A stretch of DNA of 64,000 bases from an uncultured Candidatus Saccharibacteria bacterium (GCA_964621395.1 CAZULS010000002.1:23306-87305); one strand, 5' to 3'. Positions 9,258-18,691 are shown, counted from the stretch's first letter. Notes: generated from the sequence alone by a model not told the origin. Made by a program: numbers and translations.

Positions 9258-9395
9258 GTCATCCCGCACTTGATGCGGGATCTCGAGAGAGTGGTTTCGA
9301 AAAGTGGAATTCGGACAAAACCAAAGTTCACCTTTGGTATTCATACCAAAGGTGAACTTTGGTTTTGTAAGATCCCGCATCAAGTGCGGGATGAC
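9258..9395. repeat. ~140-bp compound imperfect palindrome
   Basis: GTCATCCCGCA-CTTGA-TGCGGGAT at 9258-9283, a family-B palindrome at 9317-9366, and the inverted hairpin AGATCCCGCATCAAGTGCGGGATGAC at 9370-9395. Together they form a nested palindrome. Confidence 0.7.
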
Positions 9396-9508
9396 ACTAT
9401 ATATTTCGTTGTTACGCGAGCGCAGCTCGCGCCTGCTTGCCGTTAGGCATACATATTTCGTATTTCATACTCCTAACTAACTTCTAGCTGTAAGCTAAAA
9501 ATGATACA

Positions 9509-10954
9509 ATGATATGCATGAATACGAATGATATATTCGGTATATCTCTTGCGAGGGTCGTCTCCGGGCTTGTTGCTTTTGTGTGTATTTTGGGCGTATG
9601 TGCCACGGGGCTTTCGCTTGTGCATGCCGATGACACGGACGAGCGTCGTGCCGAGCTTGAAGCGGAGCTTGCGGAAGTGCAGGCGGAGTATGAAGAATTG
9701 GAACGACAGAAAAATGCCCTGCAGCGCGAAAGCGTGTCGTATGAGCGCGATTTGGAAATTCTCAATTATCAAATCAATCAGGCCGCGGCGGTTATCAGAT
9801 CGCTTAATCTCGGCATTGAAGACCTCAATATCGATATTGATAAAAAAGAAGAAATCATCGGTTTCCTTTCCGATAAACTTTCTCGACAGAAGCGCTCACT
9901 CGGTCAGCTCATCAAAAAAACAGACGAACTCGATTCCTTCTCACTTGTGGAGGTCATGTTGTCGAATAAAAACCTCTCCGAATTTTTTATCGATTTGGAT
10001 TCTTTTGACGCCATTGAAAAGTCATTGAATGAATCATTCCGAGAAATCGAGACGACAAAAGAGTTTACCCATGAGCAAAAGAGTGCGCTCGAGTCCACAC
10101 TGGAAGAGCAGATTGAGCTTCGCAATATGGAGCTTTTTGAGAAAGCGCAGATTGACGAAAAGCAAAAAGAGAAATCGGATCTTCTGAATCTCAAAGAAGA
10201 GGAGATTAAAACATATGAATCATCGCTTGAAGAAAAGGAGAAAACGATTGCCGAGATTAAGGCAGCACTCTTCTCCCTTCGTGACTCCACCGACATTTCA
10301 TTCGGTGAGGCGGTGGAATATGCAAGAATTGCATCCTCAAAAACAGGTGTCCGCCCGGCACTTGTATTGGCAATTCTGAAGCGCGAATCGGATATGGGGA
10401 AAAATGTGGGCACGTGTAATCGTCCCGGTGACTCGCGCGATTGGGACGACATCATGCCCGGTCCGGTGCATTATCGCAATTATGTCGCCAATGGAAAATC
10501 GTGTATCGGCGCTGCTTCACCGTGTTCGTGGCGCGACGACCAAACCACCTTCCTTGATATTGCCGATCGTCTCGGTATTGATTACAATTCCGTGCCGCTT
10601 TCGTGTCCGGCGGGGGCGAGCTTGTGGGGTGGTGCGATGGGACCGGCGCAGTTTATCCCAACGACATGGAGCTTGCTCGAAGACCGTATCGGACAGCTCA
10701 CCGGACATAATCCGCCATCGCCGTGGGATCCGTATGATGCTTTTGTTGCTTCAGCCATGCTTCTGAAAGACAACGGCGCTACGAAATCATATTCAGGATG
10801 CAATCAAACGACCAGCGCGGAGAAATGTGCGGCGTTGCGCTACTTTGCCGGTTGGGGACAGCCATATTCGCTCGGTGAACTCTCATACGGAAATTACGTT
10901 ATGGAATGGGCGGCAGAATATCAAAGCCAGATTGATATTTTGGATGGGGAGTAG
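9509..10954 (+). CDS. Secreted/membrane-anchored coiled-coil protein with a C-terminal lysozyme-like (SLT-type transglycosylase-like) domain
   Basis: Signal/TM helix, ~250 aa of heptad-rich coiled coil, then a Cys-rich globular domain with ALVLAILKRESDMG (the E-S catalytic motif of lytic transglycosylases). Confidence 0.45.
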   Translation: MICMNTNDIFGISLARVVSGLVAFVCILGVCATGLSLVHADDTDERRAELEAELAEVQAEYEELERQKNALQRESVSYERDLEILNYQINQAAAVIRSLNLGIEDLNIDIDKKEEIIGFLSDKLSRQKRSLGQLIKKTDELDSFSLVEVMLSNKNLSEFFIDLDSFDAIEKSLNESFREIETTKEFTHEQKSALESTLEEQIELRNMELFEKAQIDEKQKEKSDLLNLKEEEIKTYESSLEEKEKTIAEIKAALFSLRDSTDISFGEAVEYARIASSKTGVRPALVLAILKRESDMGKNVGTCNRPGDSRDWDDIMPGPVHYRNYVANGKSCIGAASPCSWRDDQTTFLDIADRLGIDYNSVPLSCPAGASLWGGAMGPAQFIPTTWSLLEDRIGQLTGHNPPSPWDPYDAFVASAMLLKDNGATKSYSGCNQTTSAEKCAALRYFAGWGQPYSLGELSYGNYVMEWAAEYQSQIDILDGE

Positions 10955-11031
10955 AGAAATGATAGGTTGGGAGTCAAGAGTGAAGAGTTGAGAGATGAGA
11001 GATGTGGTTGTTGGAGTTTAGCCAAAAGATA

Positions 11032-11133
11032 GGGAAGTTTTTAGTGGGTAGTTTTTAGTTTTTAGGAACGGCGCGCTACGCGCGCCTTAAAGATGAAGAA
11101 AGCGGCGGCACCTTCGGTGCCGCCGCTTTTTCT
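11032..11133. repeat. Composite intergenic repeat module, copy 2 (ends in a terminator hairpin)
   Basis: gggaagtttttagtgggtagtttttagtttttag, then ggcgcgctacgcgcgcc, then gcggcggcaccttcggtgccgccgc with a T-run. Confidence 0.7.
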
Positions 11134-11376
11134 ATTCCTTGCTTTGCCCGAGCATGGCTTACCATGCTTTAAGGTCATCCCGCACTCTTGCCCCGCTCAG
11201 TTTTCCTTTTTCTTGAAAACTGGGGCGTGGGTGATGCGAGATCTTCGAGTTTTTACCATAAAATTGGTAATTTTCGATGAAAATCGAGCTGCCCTTGACA
11301 ATATATATCAATATGGTAGATATATTATAGGAAGTCAAATGAGTAAAATATTGTTAATCTCAAAAAAAGAACAACA

Positions 11377-11763
11377 ATGGTACAAGAAACAACGAAAGAA
11401 GCTTTTAATCTTCGCCCGCAAAGTGTCGTCGTTGCCCTTGACAGGATGGGTTTCTCTATTGAGGAAACATATCATCCTGCAACATATGCAAAAAGCGGTT
11501 TGTATGCGGGGCAGTCTCTTCGTATCAGTGCGCACCACAAAAGGTGCGATATACGCGTCACTATCTACGGCAACGAGTTGTCAGTAGAGGAACGCGCGAA
11601 GATAAACGAGAATCTTCCTCCTGTGGTACCCAAGACTTTTACCGAATTTAGAGTCTTCAGTTCCGTTGGAGATAGCGAAAAAATAGAAGAAAATATCGTA
11701 GAAGCTAAGGGATTTTACAACAACTTCCTCACAGTGGTTAATAGCCACATAATAGAGAGCTAA
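11377..11763 (+). CDS. Hypothetical protein (128 aa)
   Basis: ORF with balanced composition, followed by the terminator hairpin tgtggagcatcgctgctccactttttt (11789-11815). The overlapping annotated ORF 11093..11587 runs through the repeat module and is probably spurious. Confidence 0.4.
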   Translation: MVQETTKEAFNLRPQSVVVALDRMGFSIEETYHPATYAKSGLYAGQSLRISAHHKRCDIRVTIYGNELSVEERAKINENLPPVVPKTFTEFRVFSSVGDSEKIEENIVEAKGFYNNFLTVVNSHIIES

Positions 11764-11933
11764 CCTCTTGTAAAATCCATAGTACATTGTGCGGAGTGTG
11801 GAGCATCGCTGCTCCACTTTTTTGTGCTAGGCGGGGCGAAAGCCCCGCCGTATTCTCGTAACTCGATACTCGCAACTCGAAACTTACCGAACGTTGTATT
11901 CGAGCCCTTTTTTCTCTTAACTCACACCTCCTC

Positions 11934-11962
11934 TTGACTCTCAACTCGTAATCTTTTATACT
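11934..11962 (+). promoter_or_regulatory. Sigma70-type promoter for rpmE: TTGACT-17 nt-TATACT
   Basis: TTGACT at 11934-11939, a 17-nt spacer, TATACT at 11957-11962, and ATG at 11974. Confidence 0.6.
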
Positions 11963-11973
11963 CCTCCATACAT

Positions 11974-12228
11974 ATGAAAAAAGACATCCATCCCGACTTT
12001 CATACCGATACGAAGGCAACGTGCTCATGTGGCGCGGAATTTTCCGTTGGTTCTACGAAAGACGCGATTTCCATGGAAATCTGCAGCCGGTGTCATCCGT
12101 TTTATACCGGAAAAGAAAAGGTGCTTGATACTGCCGGTCGCGTGGACAAATTCAAGCAACGCATGGCGAAAGCTGCCGCGTCTAAGTCGTCGAAGACGAC
12201 CGACCAAGGAAAGGAAGACAAAAAATAG
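11974..12228 (+). CDS. rpmE: 50S ribosomal protein L31
   Basis: [10 protein letters not shown] start, the Zn-ribbon CSCG...[10 protein letters not shown], and DTAGRVDKF. Confidence 0.9.
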   Translation: MKKDIHPDFHTDTKATCSCGAEFSVGSTKDAISMEICSRCHPFYTGKEKVLDTAGRVDKFKQRMAKAAASKSSKTTDQGKEDKK

Positions 12229-12242
12229 CTCAATATATAAAG

Positions 12243-12276
12243 AAACCGCGCTTTTCCTGTGGGAAAAGCGCGGTTT
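12243..12276 (+). terminator. Rho-independent terminator after rpmE
   Basis: aaaccgcgcttttcc-tgtg-ggaaaagcgcggttt followed by tcgtct. Confidence 0.6.
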
Positions 12277-12371
12277 CGTCTGTATAATGAAGCCGCTAAG
12301 AGTTACCCGCGGTCTTCCTGCTAGGTTTAACCTAGAAAAGTTATCCACAGTTTGTTCCAAAGGTTTAACCT

Positions 12372-13364
12372 TTGGAAAATCCAAGAATAAATATGAGCGA
12401 TACATTGCCACCAATTGAAGAATTGAAAGAAAATCCAAAAACCGCATTCCTTGTCGGCGAGCTTGAGCGTGTGGAGAGTGAGATGGGGAAGACACGTGCG
12501 CTCGCTGAGAGTGATCCGGGCATGGCGGAGCTTGCCGAAAGTGAGCTTGCGGACTTGGAAGCACAGAAAAAGGGTATCGAAGAGCAGGTGAAGAAAATTG
12601 TGAAAGCTGAGGAAGAAGAGCAACGTTTCCCGAATGAACTTATCTTGGAAGTGCGCGCCGGCGCCGGCGGGGAAGAAGCTGCGCTTTTTGCCCAAGAACT
12701 TGCTGAGATGTATGAACGATATGCCGAGCGCAGAGCGTGGCAATTTCGTAAGCTCGATGTGTCGGAGAGCGAGCTTGGCGGCTATAAAGAGGGAACATTC
12801 GAAATCAAAGGACTTGGTTGCTATAAAGATCTGCGCTATGAAATGGGTGTACATCGCGTGCAGCGTATTCCCGCCACGGAGAAGCAGGGGCGTATCCATA
12901 CCTCCACAGCATCGGTTGCAATTATGCCGGTGCGTAAAAAGACGACGATTACGATTGATCCATCGGAGCTTGATATTGAATTCTCCCGATCGGGCGGTGC
13001 CGGCGGACAAAATGTGAATAAAGTGGAAACGGCTGTGCGTCTCATTCACAAGCCGACAGGCATAGCGGTGCGCTGCCAATCCGAGCGAACACAGCAGAAG
13101 AATAGAGAGAAGGCCCTTGGGTTGCTCGAGGCGCGTCTTCAGGCTGAAAAGGATGAAGAGGAGGCGAAAAAGCACGCCGATACGCGCCGAGATCAGATTG
13201 GTACCGGTGACCGATCTGAAAAAATCCGCACATATAATGTGCCGCAAAATCGCGTGACTGATCACCGCATCAAAGAATCATGGCATAATATCGAAGGGAT
13301 TTTGGGAGGTGATTTGGATGATATTGTAGAGGCGTTTATAGAACCAGTCTCATTGAAAACGTGA
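12372..13364 (+). CDS. prfA: Peptide chain release factor 1
   Basis: GGQ motif ([10 protein letters not shown]) and the RF1-type PAT tripeptide (RIPATE). Likely true start at 12393 (MSDTLPP). Confidence 0.88.
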   Translation: MENPRINMSDTLPPIEELKENPKTAFLVGELERVESEMGKTRALAESDPGMAELAESELADLEAQKKGIEEQVKKIVKAEEEEQRFPNELILEVRAGAGGEEAALFAQELAEMYERYAERRAWQFRKLDVSESELGGYKEGTFEIKGLGCYKDLRYEMGVHRVQRIPATEKQGRIHTSTASVAIMPVRKKTTITIDPSELDIEFSRSGGAGGQNVNKVETAVRLIHKPTGIAVRCQSERTQQKNREKALGLLEARLQAEKDEEEAKKHADTRRDQIGTGDRSEKIRTYNVPQNRVTDHRIKESWHNIEGILGGDLDDIVEAFIEPVSLKT

Positions 13365-13546
13365 AAAAAGAATCGTACTCAAGAGCTGCGCTTGGCAGTT
13401 CTCGCACTCACACTGCGGCTGCACCTTGTCGCTCAACCACACCGTACGATAGTACGCTGTAGTCTCCGCGACGTCGGCTCGCTCGCAGTGTGAGCGCGAG
13501 AACAGCCATTTTCAGTGAGACTGGTTCTAGAACCAGAGGGAGAATA
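13339..13546. ncRNA. Structured ~170-200-nt element, E-family copy 1 (candidate ncRNA / structured repeat)
   Basis: Outer stem pairs the last codons of prfA (13339-13362) with 13506-13530. A 20-bp inner stem gttctcgcactcacactgcg/cgcagtgtgagcgcgagaac encloses conserved loops and a cgtac-n-gtacg hairpin. Paralogues lie at 31405-31612 and 59809-59940. Confidence 0.5.
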
Positions 13547-13702
13547 AAAGTTTATTTTGAGTTTTCCACATATTGCCAAGATCCCCTTTCTTCTTGCGGT
13601 TGAAATACGGTATACTAAAGATAGCTCATAGTGGCTGTCTTTTTCCGTGTATTTCCTTGTGATGTGTGAAATGGCGCGGTCTCATTTAATTATTTTAATC
13701 AA

Positions 13703-16129
13703 TTGTATTTTTGTATGTCTTATATTACGAAAGTCTTCTCCGCGCTCACTCTCGTATGTGCTCTGTGTGGTATTGCCTCACTTGCATATGCGCAAGAAGT
13801 GGAGACTGTTGAATTTACCATTGTGGCGGAGGTGTCTGTCTTTGATGCTTCTGTTGTTCAAGAACAGAATACGCTCACAGCGTCATTTATCATTGCCAAC
13901 GGTGCCGATACCGTTCAATCCGACATTCGCTACGGTATGGAGTTATGGAGTGTTTCAGCGCAGCAAGGTGAGGCATCCATTCGCGTCCACACAGCTGTTG
14001 CCGATGAAACGATTGCGCTCGCTCCGGGAGAAGTTCGTGCAAAGGCAATAACTGCCACTATACCAACATCTCTTTCTGGACTCTACAGAGTATCTATTGT
14101 TGCCGAAACATTGAGTGGCATGCCACTGGGACGTACCTCAGCCGGCTTTGTCCAACTGGAGGAGACAGCAGGTGGCAGCACAGTGATTAATCAAAGCACG
14201 TGTTATACGGAAGTTTCCGGTGGCGACACAGCATACTCCACTCGACAGGGTGTGGATGTGACAGCCACAGAAACACTTACCATGACCTGTGACGTAGTCC
14301 ACAGTGGTGGAGACACCACACTCACTCCACTTTTTGTGACCACCGAACGATCACTCTATGGTGAAGAAGTGGGAAGCGATACCGGCACATCAGTATCCCT
14401 TACCGAAGGTGTACAAGAGGTTATCTTCACTATCCCAACTCCTCTAGCTCCTCAGGCATACGATACAACAGTAACTCTTTATGATGCATCGTCTGCTGTG
14501 TCCAACACAGCGAGCATCCACTATGTTGTCCAAGGTGCGAGCGCTACCATCCAAAACATCACGCTTGATAATACAACCTATCAAGAGGGGGACACAGCCA
14601 CTGCATCTCTCTTTGTGACCGGTATTGCCGGTGCATTCCCTGACGCTCGCAATGAAGCAGGGTCACTTTCAAATCCCACTCTTGTCGCCACGCTTGAAAG
14701 CGTATCAGGTATTGCCTGTGCTGAGCCGGTGAGCACCTCCCTTACAGAACTTGAAGTAGAGAACACCGCGTTTGTCGATGTATCATTTGCCGTGACTCGT
14801 ACGTGTCCTGATGCAACCGTTTCTCTCGAAGTGAAGGATGATTCGGGTGTTTTGGCTTCACATACAGCTGTAACCATGGCGACGCCCGAGGCGGCAGGAC
14901 CCGCATCTGCAATTGCCATTATTGTCTTAGTGGTTATTGCCGGTGTGGTCATCTTTATTGTCACCCGTGCTGACAAGAAGTTGCCGACGGCAGCGATTAT
15001 GATTGTGGTTGTTTCTGCAATGTTTGTGTGGGGAGGAGGTGTCGAAGCATATAAGTACAAGTCAACAAAAGAGAGTATGAAGGTAGGAGGAACGAGTTTT
15101 ACCGCGGTCTTCAAGAGAATTGTCTTAAGCACTACAGATGTTGCGATATTTACACTGCAGGGGAGTATCAACAGAAAAGAATATAATCCTGGAGAGAATG
15201 TGTTGGTTGATGCAAGCATCCGGTCTTCAGTGTGTAACAACACATCTTCCGAAGTGGGCATGGGCTGGGCCGTCAATGAAGGTGAAATCAGAGGATTGTT
15301 TACTCAGACGATTGATAATAGTGATACAAAAGGATATGGATGTCAAAACTCGGCAGGGTGGTGTAATATTCATGAGACGGCAGCTTTTGACCAATATTTA
15401 GTCCCGAGCCCTGGTGAGCACAATGCACGATTTGCTATCACAGGATTTGCGCTCCATGAAGATACAGGACACAAAGAGACAATTATAGGCAATATTCTTA
15501 TTCCTTTCACCGTTATTGCACCGCCAGATCCTGTTGCCTCTCTCAACGCTCAACCCAACATTGTCTTTGAAGGAGATAGCACCCTTCTCACATGGACATC
15601 TGCAAATGTGGCTTCCTGTGTGGCAGAATCCAATCCTCCGGTATCCGGTTGGGAGGGAAGCGTTACCGCTGATATGCAAGACAGCATGATTGTTGGTCCG
15701 TTGGCGCTTGTCGATCCGCCGGTGTATCTCTTCTCGATTTCATGTATTAACGATGAGAATGAAATTGTCGAAGACTCTGTTCAAGTGTTCGTAGAAGAGA
15801 AAACACTTCCGGAATGTTCTGACGGCGCCGAGAACGACGGCGACGGGTGGATTGATGAGGAAGACCCTGGTTGTATCAATGATGGCATCTATGATCCAAA
15901 TGACGACAATGAAAGCAATGATTCACCGGCATGTTCTGATGGTTCCGACAATGATGATGACAATCAAATAGATGCTGCCGATCCAGGATGTAGTAATGGC
16001 AATGATCCCGATGAATCGGATGAGCCAACGGAACCCGAGGACGATGGTGACGATACTGCAGATCCGGGAGATGGAGGTGATACAGGAGATACTGTCGATC
16101 CTGATGAGATTGACTTCTCGGAGTTCTAA
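13703..16129 (+). CDS. Large cell-surface protein with central TM anchor and Asp-rich tandem C-terminal repeats
   Basis: Signal peptide (likely ATG at 13715), Thr/Ser/Val-rich beta-type extracellular region, two TM helices at ~aa 395-440, and a C-terminal duplicated CSDG-x-NDGDGWIDEEDPGC acidic motif resembling calcium-binding repeats. Confidence 0.55.
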   Translation: MYFCMSYITKVFSALTLVCALCGIASLAYAQEVETVEFTIVAEVSVFDASVVQEQNTLTASFIIANGADTVQSDIRYGMELWSVSAQQGEASIRVHTAVADETIALAPGEVRAKAITATIPTSLSGLYRVSIVAETLSGMPLGRTSAGFVQLEETAGGSTVINQSTCYTEVSGGDTAYSTRQGVDVTATETLTMTCDVVHSGGDTTLTPLFVTTERSLYGEEVGSDTGTSVSLTEGVQEVIFTIPTPLAPQAYDTTVTLYDASSAVSNTASIHYVVQGASATIQNITLDNTTYQEGDTATASLFVTGIAGAFPDARNEAGSLSNPTLVATLESVSGIACAEPVSTSLTELEVENTAFVDVSFAVTRTCPDATVSLEVKDDSGVLASHTAVTMATPEAAGPASAIAIIVLVVIAGVVIFIVTRADKKLPTAAIMIVVVSAMFVWGGGVEAYKYKSTKESMKVGGTSFTAVFKRIVLSTTDVAIFTLQGSINRKEYNPGENVLVDASIRSSVCNNTSSEVGMGWAVNEGEIRGLFTQTIDNSDTKGYGCQNSAGWCNIHETAAFDQYLVPSPGEHNARFAITGFALHEDTGHKETIIGNILIPFTVIAPPDPVASLNAQPNIVFEGDSTLLTWTSANVASCVAESNPPVSGWEGSVTADMQDSMIVGPLALVDPPVYLFSISCINDENEIVEDSVQVFVEEKTLPECSDGAENDGDGWIDEEDPGCINDGIYDPNDDNESNDSPACSDGSDNDDDNQIDAADPGCSNGNDPDESDEPTEPEDDGDDTADPGDGGDTGDTVDPDEIDFSEF

Positions 16130-16150
16130 TGTCCATTTCCAGCACTCGTG

Positions 16151-16183
16151 CAAATACGCCCTTCAAGGGCGTATTTGTTTTTA
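16151..16183 (+). terminator. Rho-independent terminator
   Basis: caaatacgccc-ttcaa-gggcgtatttg followed by a T-run. Confidence 0.65.
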
Positions 16184-16253
16184 TGGACTCATAAGACGAG
16201 AACATATCTGGTGCTTGCGCTTTTTTCTTTTCTCTGCTAGTATTTTACCCTAT

Positions 16254-16979
16254 ATGAACAAGACCGTAAGTGTTTCCGATATGTTTAACGCAGGGGCCCA
16301 TTTTGGGTACTCCAAAGCACGCCGTCATCCTTCCATGAAGAAATTCATCTTTGGCGTGAAGAATAAGACCGAAGTCTTTGATCTTGAAAAGACTGCCGGT
16401 TGCCTTTCTGATGTTGAAGCGTATGTTGCCGAGCTTGCCGAAGGTGGTAAAAAGATTCTCTTTGTCGGCAGCAAACCTGAAGCGCGAAAGGTGGTTGAAG
16501 GTGCTGGTAACGCACTCTCTATGCCATATGTGGCATCACGATGGATTGGCGGTACACTTACCAACTTTTCTGAAGTGAAAAAGCGCGTGGCGCGATTGGA
16601 GGAGCTTACCGAGAAGCGTGAAAAAGGTGAACTCTCTGTGTATACCAAAAAGGAACGTTTGCTCTTTGATCGCGAGATTGAAGATCTGGAAGCGCGTTTT
16701 GGCGGTTTGCGTGGTATGAAAGAAATGCCAGCAGCACTCTTTGTTGTTGATCCGAAGGCTGAAGAGATTGCTGTTCTTGAAGCACAGAAAAAGGGGATTC
16801 CTGTCTTGGCGCTTGCATCATCGGATTGTGATGCGAAAGCGGTGAAGTTGGTGATTCCGGCAAACGATTCTTCACGCGGCAGTATCGAACTCTTTGTGAC
16901 CAAGGTTGTAGAGGCGTACAAGAGCGGACAGGGCAAGAAAAAAGAAGAAAAGAAAGAGGAACATACGAATAACGAATAA
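16254..16979 (+). CDS. rpsB: 30S ribosomal protein S2
   Basis: MFNAGAHFGYSKARRHPSMKKFIFG, VASRWIGGTLTNF, and a Lys/Glu tail. The annotated ORF begins at 15972, but the Met at 16254 fits the S2 N-terminus. Confidence 0.9.
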   Translation: MNKTVSVSDMFNAGAHFGYSKARRHPSMKKFIFGVKNKTEVFDLEKTAGCLSDVEAYVAELAEGGKKILFVGSKPEARKVVEGAGNALSMPYVASRWIGGTLTNFSEVKKRVARLEELTEKREKGELSVYTKKERLLFDREIEDLEARFGGLRGMKEMPAALFVVDPKAEEIAVLEAQKKGIPVLALASSDCDAKAVKLVIPANDSSRGSIELFVTKVVEAYKSGQGKKKEEKKEEHTNNE

Positions 16980-17304
16980 TACATTGGGTACGAAGTACGA
17001 ACACATACGAACATACGAAGACTGCTCGCAGTGAGTCACTTGTTGTCATCAAGCACCATACTTTTGACTTCGTGAAGAATATATTCTCTTCAGAAACATA
17101 TTTACTGACAAGCATATTCATTTTCAAACACATAAGTATGGTGCTCGATCCAGGAAACGTACGAAGATTCTGAATCAAGTTCAGGATGACATCGAAAGTG
17201 GTTTATATGTCAAAAATCAGATTCGTATGTTCGTACCAATTCGTAGTTCGTAACTTCTTAATTTCCTAACTTACTAATCTCCTAATTTACTAACGTACTA
17301 TCGT

Positions 17305-17892
17305 ATGGTAACCACAGACAATATCAAAGCATTACGTGAAAAGACCGGTGTATCGGTCATGCAGTGTAAAAAGGCCCTTGAAGAAGCCGGTGGCGACATG
17401 GAGAAAGCAACCATCCTTCTCCATAAATTGAGCAGTGCGGCGGCTGAGAAGAAGGCAGATCGTGAGCTTGGCGCAGGAACAGTTGCCGGCTATACTCACA
17501 CAAGTGGCACAGTTGGCGCCATGGTGGAGCTTTTGTGCGAGACGGATTTTGTCGCAAAGAATGAAGAATTCAAAGCGCTCGCATACGATATAGCTATGCA
17601 TGTTGCGGCGGCACAGCCGGTGTATCTTTCTATGGACGATGTGGATGAAGAGGAGCGTGCAAAAGCTAAGGAGGCATTCAAGAAAGAGGTGGAGGAATCT
17701 GATAAGCCTGAAGATATCAAAGAAAAGATGCTTGAAGGAAAGATCACGAATTACCTCAAGGAAAAAGTGTTGCTCGAGCAGGCATTTATTAAAGATCCGA
17801 ATATGACGATTGGTGCTTTGGTGGACGGCGCGGTACAGAAGTTTGGAGAAAAGACACAGCTCGGTCGTTTTGCGCGTTTTTCAATTGATTAA
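17305..17892 (+). CDS. tsf: Elongation factor Ts (short form)
   Basis: N-terminal UBA-like IKALREKTGVSVMQCKKALEEAGGDMEKA and the conserved core LCETDFVAKN. Confidence 0.88.
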   Translation: MVTTDNIKALREKTGVSVMQCKKALEEAGGDMEKATILLHKLSSAAAEKKADRELGAGTVAGYTHTSGTVGAMVELLCETDFVAKNEEFKALAYDIAMHVAAAQPVYLSMDDVDEEERAKAKEAFKKEVEESDKPEDIKEKMLEGKITNYLKEKVLLEQAFIKDPNMTIGALVDGAVQKFGEKTQLGRFARFSID

Positions 17893-17928
17893 GCGTGCAT
17901 TCACTGGAGTTTTAAGTAGACAGGTTCT

Positions 17929-18402
17929 ATGGACATTGTTCTTCCCATTGCTCTCATAACGGCACTTGCGTGTGTGGAGGTCTGTGCGGCACTTCTCTAT
18001 CGCGGATGGGAATTGTCGCGTGAGGATGTGCCCGAACATATTCACACCCATCGTGCAATGCGCACATATGCCGAAGACAGTGTTGATCGTATGGTTACTG
18101 TCCTTAAGGCTGGTATTGCACGAACATGGCACTCTCATATCATTCCCGCAGGAGTACGTGTGAAAAAAAATATTGTCCGGGCGGCGGCAGACTTTGCCCC
18201 CACGGCATATGTCATGCGAGTGTATAATGCAATTCGTGGACTGCATACAGGACATGAACATGAGGAGGGAGAAAACGCATCGTCATTTCTTCAGGAAGTA
18301 CATGCGCATAAAAATGGAAATACGCATACGTATGAGAAACAGGTTTCAGAAGAACGTGCAGAAGAAAGTAGCAAAAAAGCGGAGGAGCATGACAAGAAGT
18401 AG
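17929..18402 (+). CDS. Hypothetical His-rich protein
   Basis: N-terminal TM helix and multiple His clusters (HTGHEHEEGE, HAHKNGNTHTYE). A metal-binding role is speculative. Confidence 0.4.
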   Translation: MDIVLPIALITALACVEVCAALLYRGWELSREDVPEHIHTHRAMRTYAEDSVDRMVTVLKAGIARTWHSHIIPAGVRVKKNIVRAAADFAPTAYVMRVYNAIRGLHTGHEHEEGENASSFLQEVHAHKNGNTHTYEKQVSEERAEESSKKAEEHDKK

Positions 18403-18448
18403 TTTTCATTGTATTATCAACGAAGTCCGTCTTCGCTTGAGTCTATAG

Positions 18449-18524
18449 TGCCGATGTAGCTCAGTTGGTAGAGCAACGGTTTTGTAAACCGTCGGTCGTC
18501 GGTTCGAGTCCGACCATCGGCTCC
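18449..18524 (+). tRNA. tRNA-Thr (anticodon TGT), CCA encoded
   Basis: GCCGATG acceptor, D arm GCTCAGTTGGTAGAGC, anticodon stem-loop ACGGT-TTTGTAA-ACCGT, T arm GTCGG-TTCGAGT-CCGAC, then CATCGGC-T-CCA. Confidence 0.85.
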
Positions 18525-18691
18525 ACAATACAAATGAGAAATACGAAAAATGAAATATGTATAGGTCGCGCTGCCACGCAACCTTGGCGTATATTCTCCT
18601 ATCGATATCATGCCGCATGATATGGGATGGGTACGAAAAGAGCTCACAAAGAAAAGCCCCCTCAGGGGCTTTTCTTTATGGGCCTGGGGTC

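Noticed and set aside
11093-11587. 164-aa ORF beginning MKKAAAPSVPPLFLF
   Set aside because: Its N-terminus is the translation of the composite repeat module and terminator hairpin. It overlaps the better-composed ORF 11377-11763 in another frame.
15972-16253. N-terminal extension of the rpsB ORF
   Set aside because: It reads through the upstream gene's 3' end and a strong terminator. The S2 homology begins at the Met at 16254.
18406-18647. Minus-strand ORFs overlapping tRNA-Thr (…GADGRTRTDD…KPLLYQLSY…)
   Set aside because: This is the classic reverse-strand translation of a tRNA gene, not a protein.
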